DNA of 45,929 nt from positions 1 through 45,929 of the IMG/VR virus record IMGVR_UViG_3300020042_002159, one strand, 5' to 3'. The translations under genes and the position numbers were made by a program. The stretch is from a virus (lineage: Duplodnaviria > Caudoviricetes). Positions within the stretch are counted from its first letter, which is position 1. Every line of letters begins with the position of its first letter. This document shows, piece by piece, positions 44,632 to 45,929 of this stretch. The notes under the pieces were generated by a model, which saw only the letters and a list, made by a program, of their open reading frames with translations, searched no databases and was not told the origin of the DNA.

Positions 44632-44713
44632 TGAAACCAGTTATTTTTCGACGCGCGCGAGAGGGCGCGCATGGCTGAACAAGGCTCTTAATTAGCATCC
44701 CACGCATACGTGG
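44632..44713. repeat. Intergenic ~80-bp element, copy 3
   Basis: TGAAACCAGTTAT...CGCGCGCG...TTAATTAG-N3-CCCAC-N6-GTGG. Confidence 0.75.
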
Positions 44714-44763
44714 TAATTGCTTTGCATCGCCTACCGTTTTCAGAACTGATAGGTTGCAAGGTT

Positions 44764-45113
44764 TGTTCTGGCATTTTGTAGAACATGTTCTACTTTTAAA
44801 AGCATAGTTAGAACAAGAAAAGTGAGGATCCATGCGGGTTGCGGAGGTTTTGTTCTAATGTTCTACGTTTTTTGGGCAGGATGGGGAAACTTGGCAAAAA
44901 GTGCAGAGATCAAGACCTTCTCAGCCAATGCAACGCAAAAAGCAAAAAAACCGAAAAAGGGAGGCATATACCAATTTTCCGTAGAACATTAGAACAACTA
45001 TATATTTTTTTATAAAATAATTAATAAAAACAACAACTTAGAGAACACGCACCCCCCAAAATCCGTTCTATAAGCATAGTACGAAAAGTAGAACAGACTA
45101 GAACATTAGAACA
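44764..45113. repeat. TAGAACA iteron-like array with AT-rich core (putative replication origin)
   Basis: Ten perfect TAGAACA/TGTTCTA copies and three one-mismatch copies in 350 bp of non-coding DNA; pure A/T tract at ~44999-45030. Confidence 0.7.
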
Positions 45114-45176
45114 AAACTCAGCACACAGTTCCCCTGCCTCCAACTGCCGTACAAAACTACTTTTTTTATTAACTGC

Positions 45177-45205
45177 TTGACTCATATGTCAAGTTATGTT
45201 ATACT
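45177..45205 (+). promoter_or_regulatory. Near-consensus sigma70 promoter 4
   Basis: TTGACT-17 nt-TATACT with extended TG and an AT-rich upstream element. Confidence 0.8.
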
Positions 45206-45315
45206 GGAGTCTGGGTCGGGAGGTAGATGCCAAGCGACCCTAATTAGCTTCCCACGCATGCGTGGGTTTTGTTTCCACCAATCGGTGTCCTTTGCAGGAA
45301 CCACAAGGAGAGATC

Positions 45316-45645
45316 ATGATAGTTTCGTTTATGACTGCATTACCTGTTAAGCAGGTAGAGAAAGCAACAGATTGGATGCAGGCTATGCCTCGTTCAGTCC
45401 GCAAGACTTTGCGTCTTACCAAGCCCCGTCAGCGCAATGTCAATACCCACGATGGCGTGGATGACTATTTGGCAGTTGATTGCCGTATCGACACATACCA
45501 CACACAGAACCTTGAGTTCCTTGATCGTGAGTATGGCTTCGATGAGTTCGGAGACATTGACGACGAGCATGAAGGCTTGACCATCACCGAGCCTATGAAC
45601 GAGGTCGAATCGTTCCAGTACTTGACTGGCTACGACATCATCTAA
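45316..45645 (+). CDS. Early protein with acidic C-terminal half
   Basis: 109 aa from the ATG after AAGGAG. Confidence 0.75.
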   Translation: MIVSFMTALPVKQVEKATDWMQAMPRSVRKTLRLTKPRQRNVNTHDGVDDYLAVDCRIDTYHTQNLEFLDREYGFDEFGDIDDEHEGLTITEPMNEVESFQYLTGYDII

Positions 45646-45700
45646 TCACATTTGCAACTAAGCACCCACGGAGACGTGGGTCATCAACTAGGAGATCATT

Positions 45701-45929
45701 ATGGGAAAAGTAAAAGTTCAATACGCACCGCTCGACTTCGCACCTGAGCAGGAACAACAACAGGAGACAGTAAGCCGTAGTATGTTTCTACTTCTGTGCA
45801 ACGGCAAACCCTTGGCGTTGTATGACCATCGGGACACTGCCGAGTACGAGATGCACATCTGCATCCAAGGCGATATGCACGAGGGATACGAGAACAAGTA
45901 CCGCATCAAGACCATGGGCGTAGTCACCC
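45701..45929 (+). CDS. Hypothetical protein, truncated by the window end
   Basis: AGGAG RBS; open frame MGKVKVQYAPLDFAPEQEQ... to the edge. Confidence 0.7.
   Translation, partial: MGKVKVQYAPLDFAPEQEQQQETVSRSMFLLLCNGKPLALYDHRDTAEYEMHICIQGDMHEGYENKYRIKTMGVVT

Larger units (their letters stand above)
1..45929. mobile_element. Tailed dsDNA bacteriophage (podovirus-like), partial genome
   Basis: Terminase, portal, scaffold, capsid, nozzle, ejection and lysis genes in one orientation; no tail tube, sheath or tape-measure gene recognised; no cellular housekeeping genes. Confidence 0.95.

Noticed and set aside
44717-44745. Promoter after intergenic element copy 3 (TTGCTT)
   Set aside because: No plausible -10 at 16-18 bp and no downstream ORF.
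1-45929. Stop-codon reassignment, tRNA genes or an integration module
   Set aside because: Genes tile densely under the standard code using all three stops; no tRNA-like or integrase sequence recognised by eye.

Overview
Most of the genome of a tailed, podovirus-like dsDNA phage; the host cannot be determined from sequence. There are three blocks. (1) 45-3087 (+): a primase/DUF927-type helicase fusion and a small ORF. (2) 3084-41260 (-): one long virion and lysis block containing TerS, TerL, portal, GroES-like co-chaperonin, scaffold, Mu-gpT-like major capsid, decoration proteins, small Lys/Gly-rich proteins, adaptors, tail fibres, holin/M15 endolysin, nozzle and three ejection proteins. (3) ~41800-45929 (+): an early region of small promoter-gene-terminator cassettes, separated from block 2 by a G-rich spacer. 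The most notable features are two tandem type I hammerhead ribozymes bracketing a 79-aa ORF, a pseudoknotted RNA element downstream of the capsid gene, a [YFM]-x-x-G-G motif shared by ejection proteins and small basic proteins, a TAGAACA iteron-like array (probable origin), and a repeated intergenic element with a CCAC-N6-GTGG palindrome. No tRNA, CRISPR array, integrase or reverse transcriptase was seen. Product calls rest on motifs and gene order only; no database searches were run.
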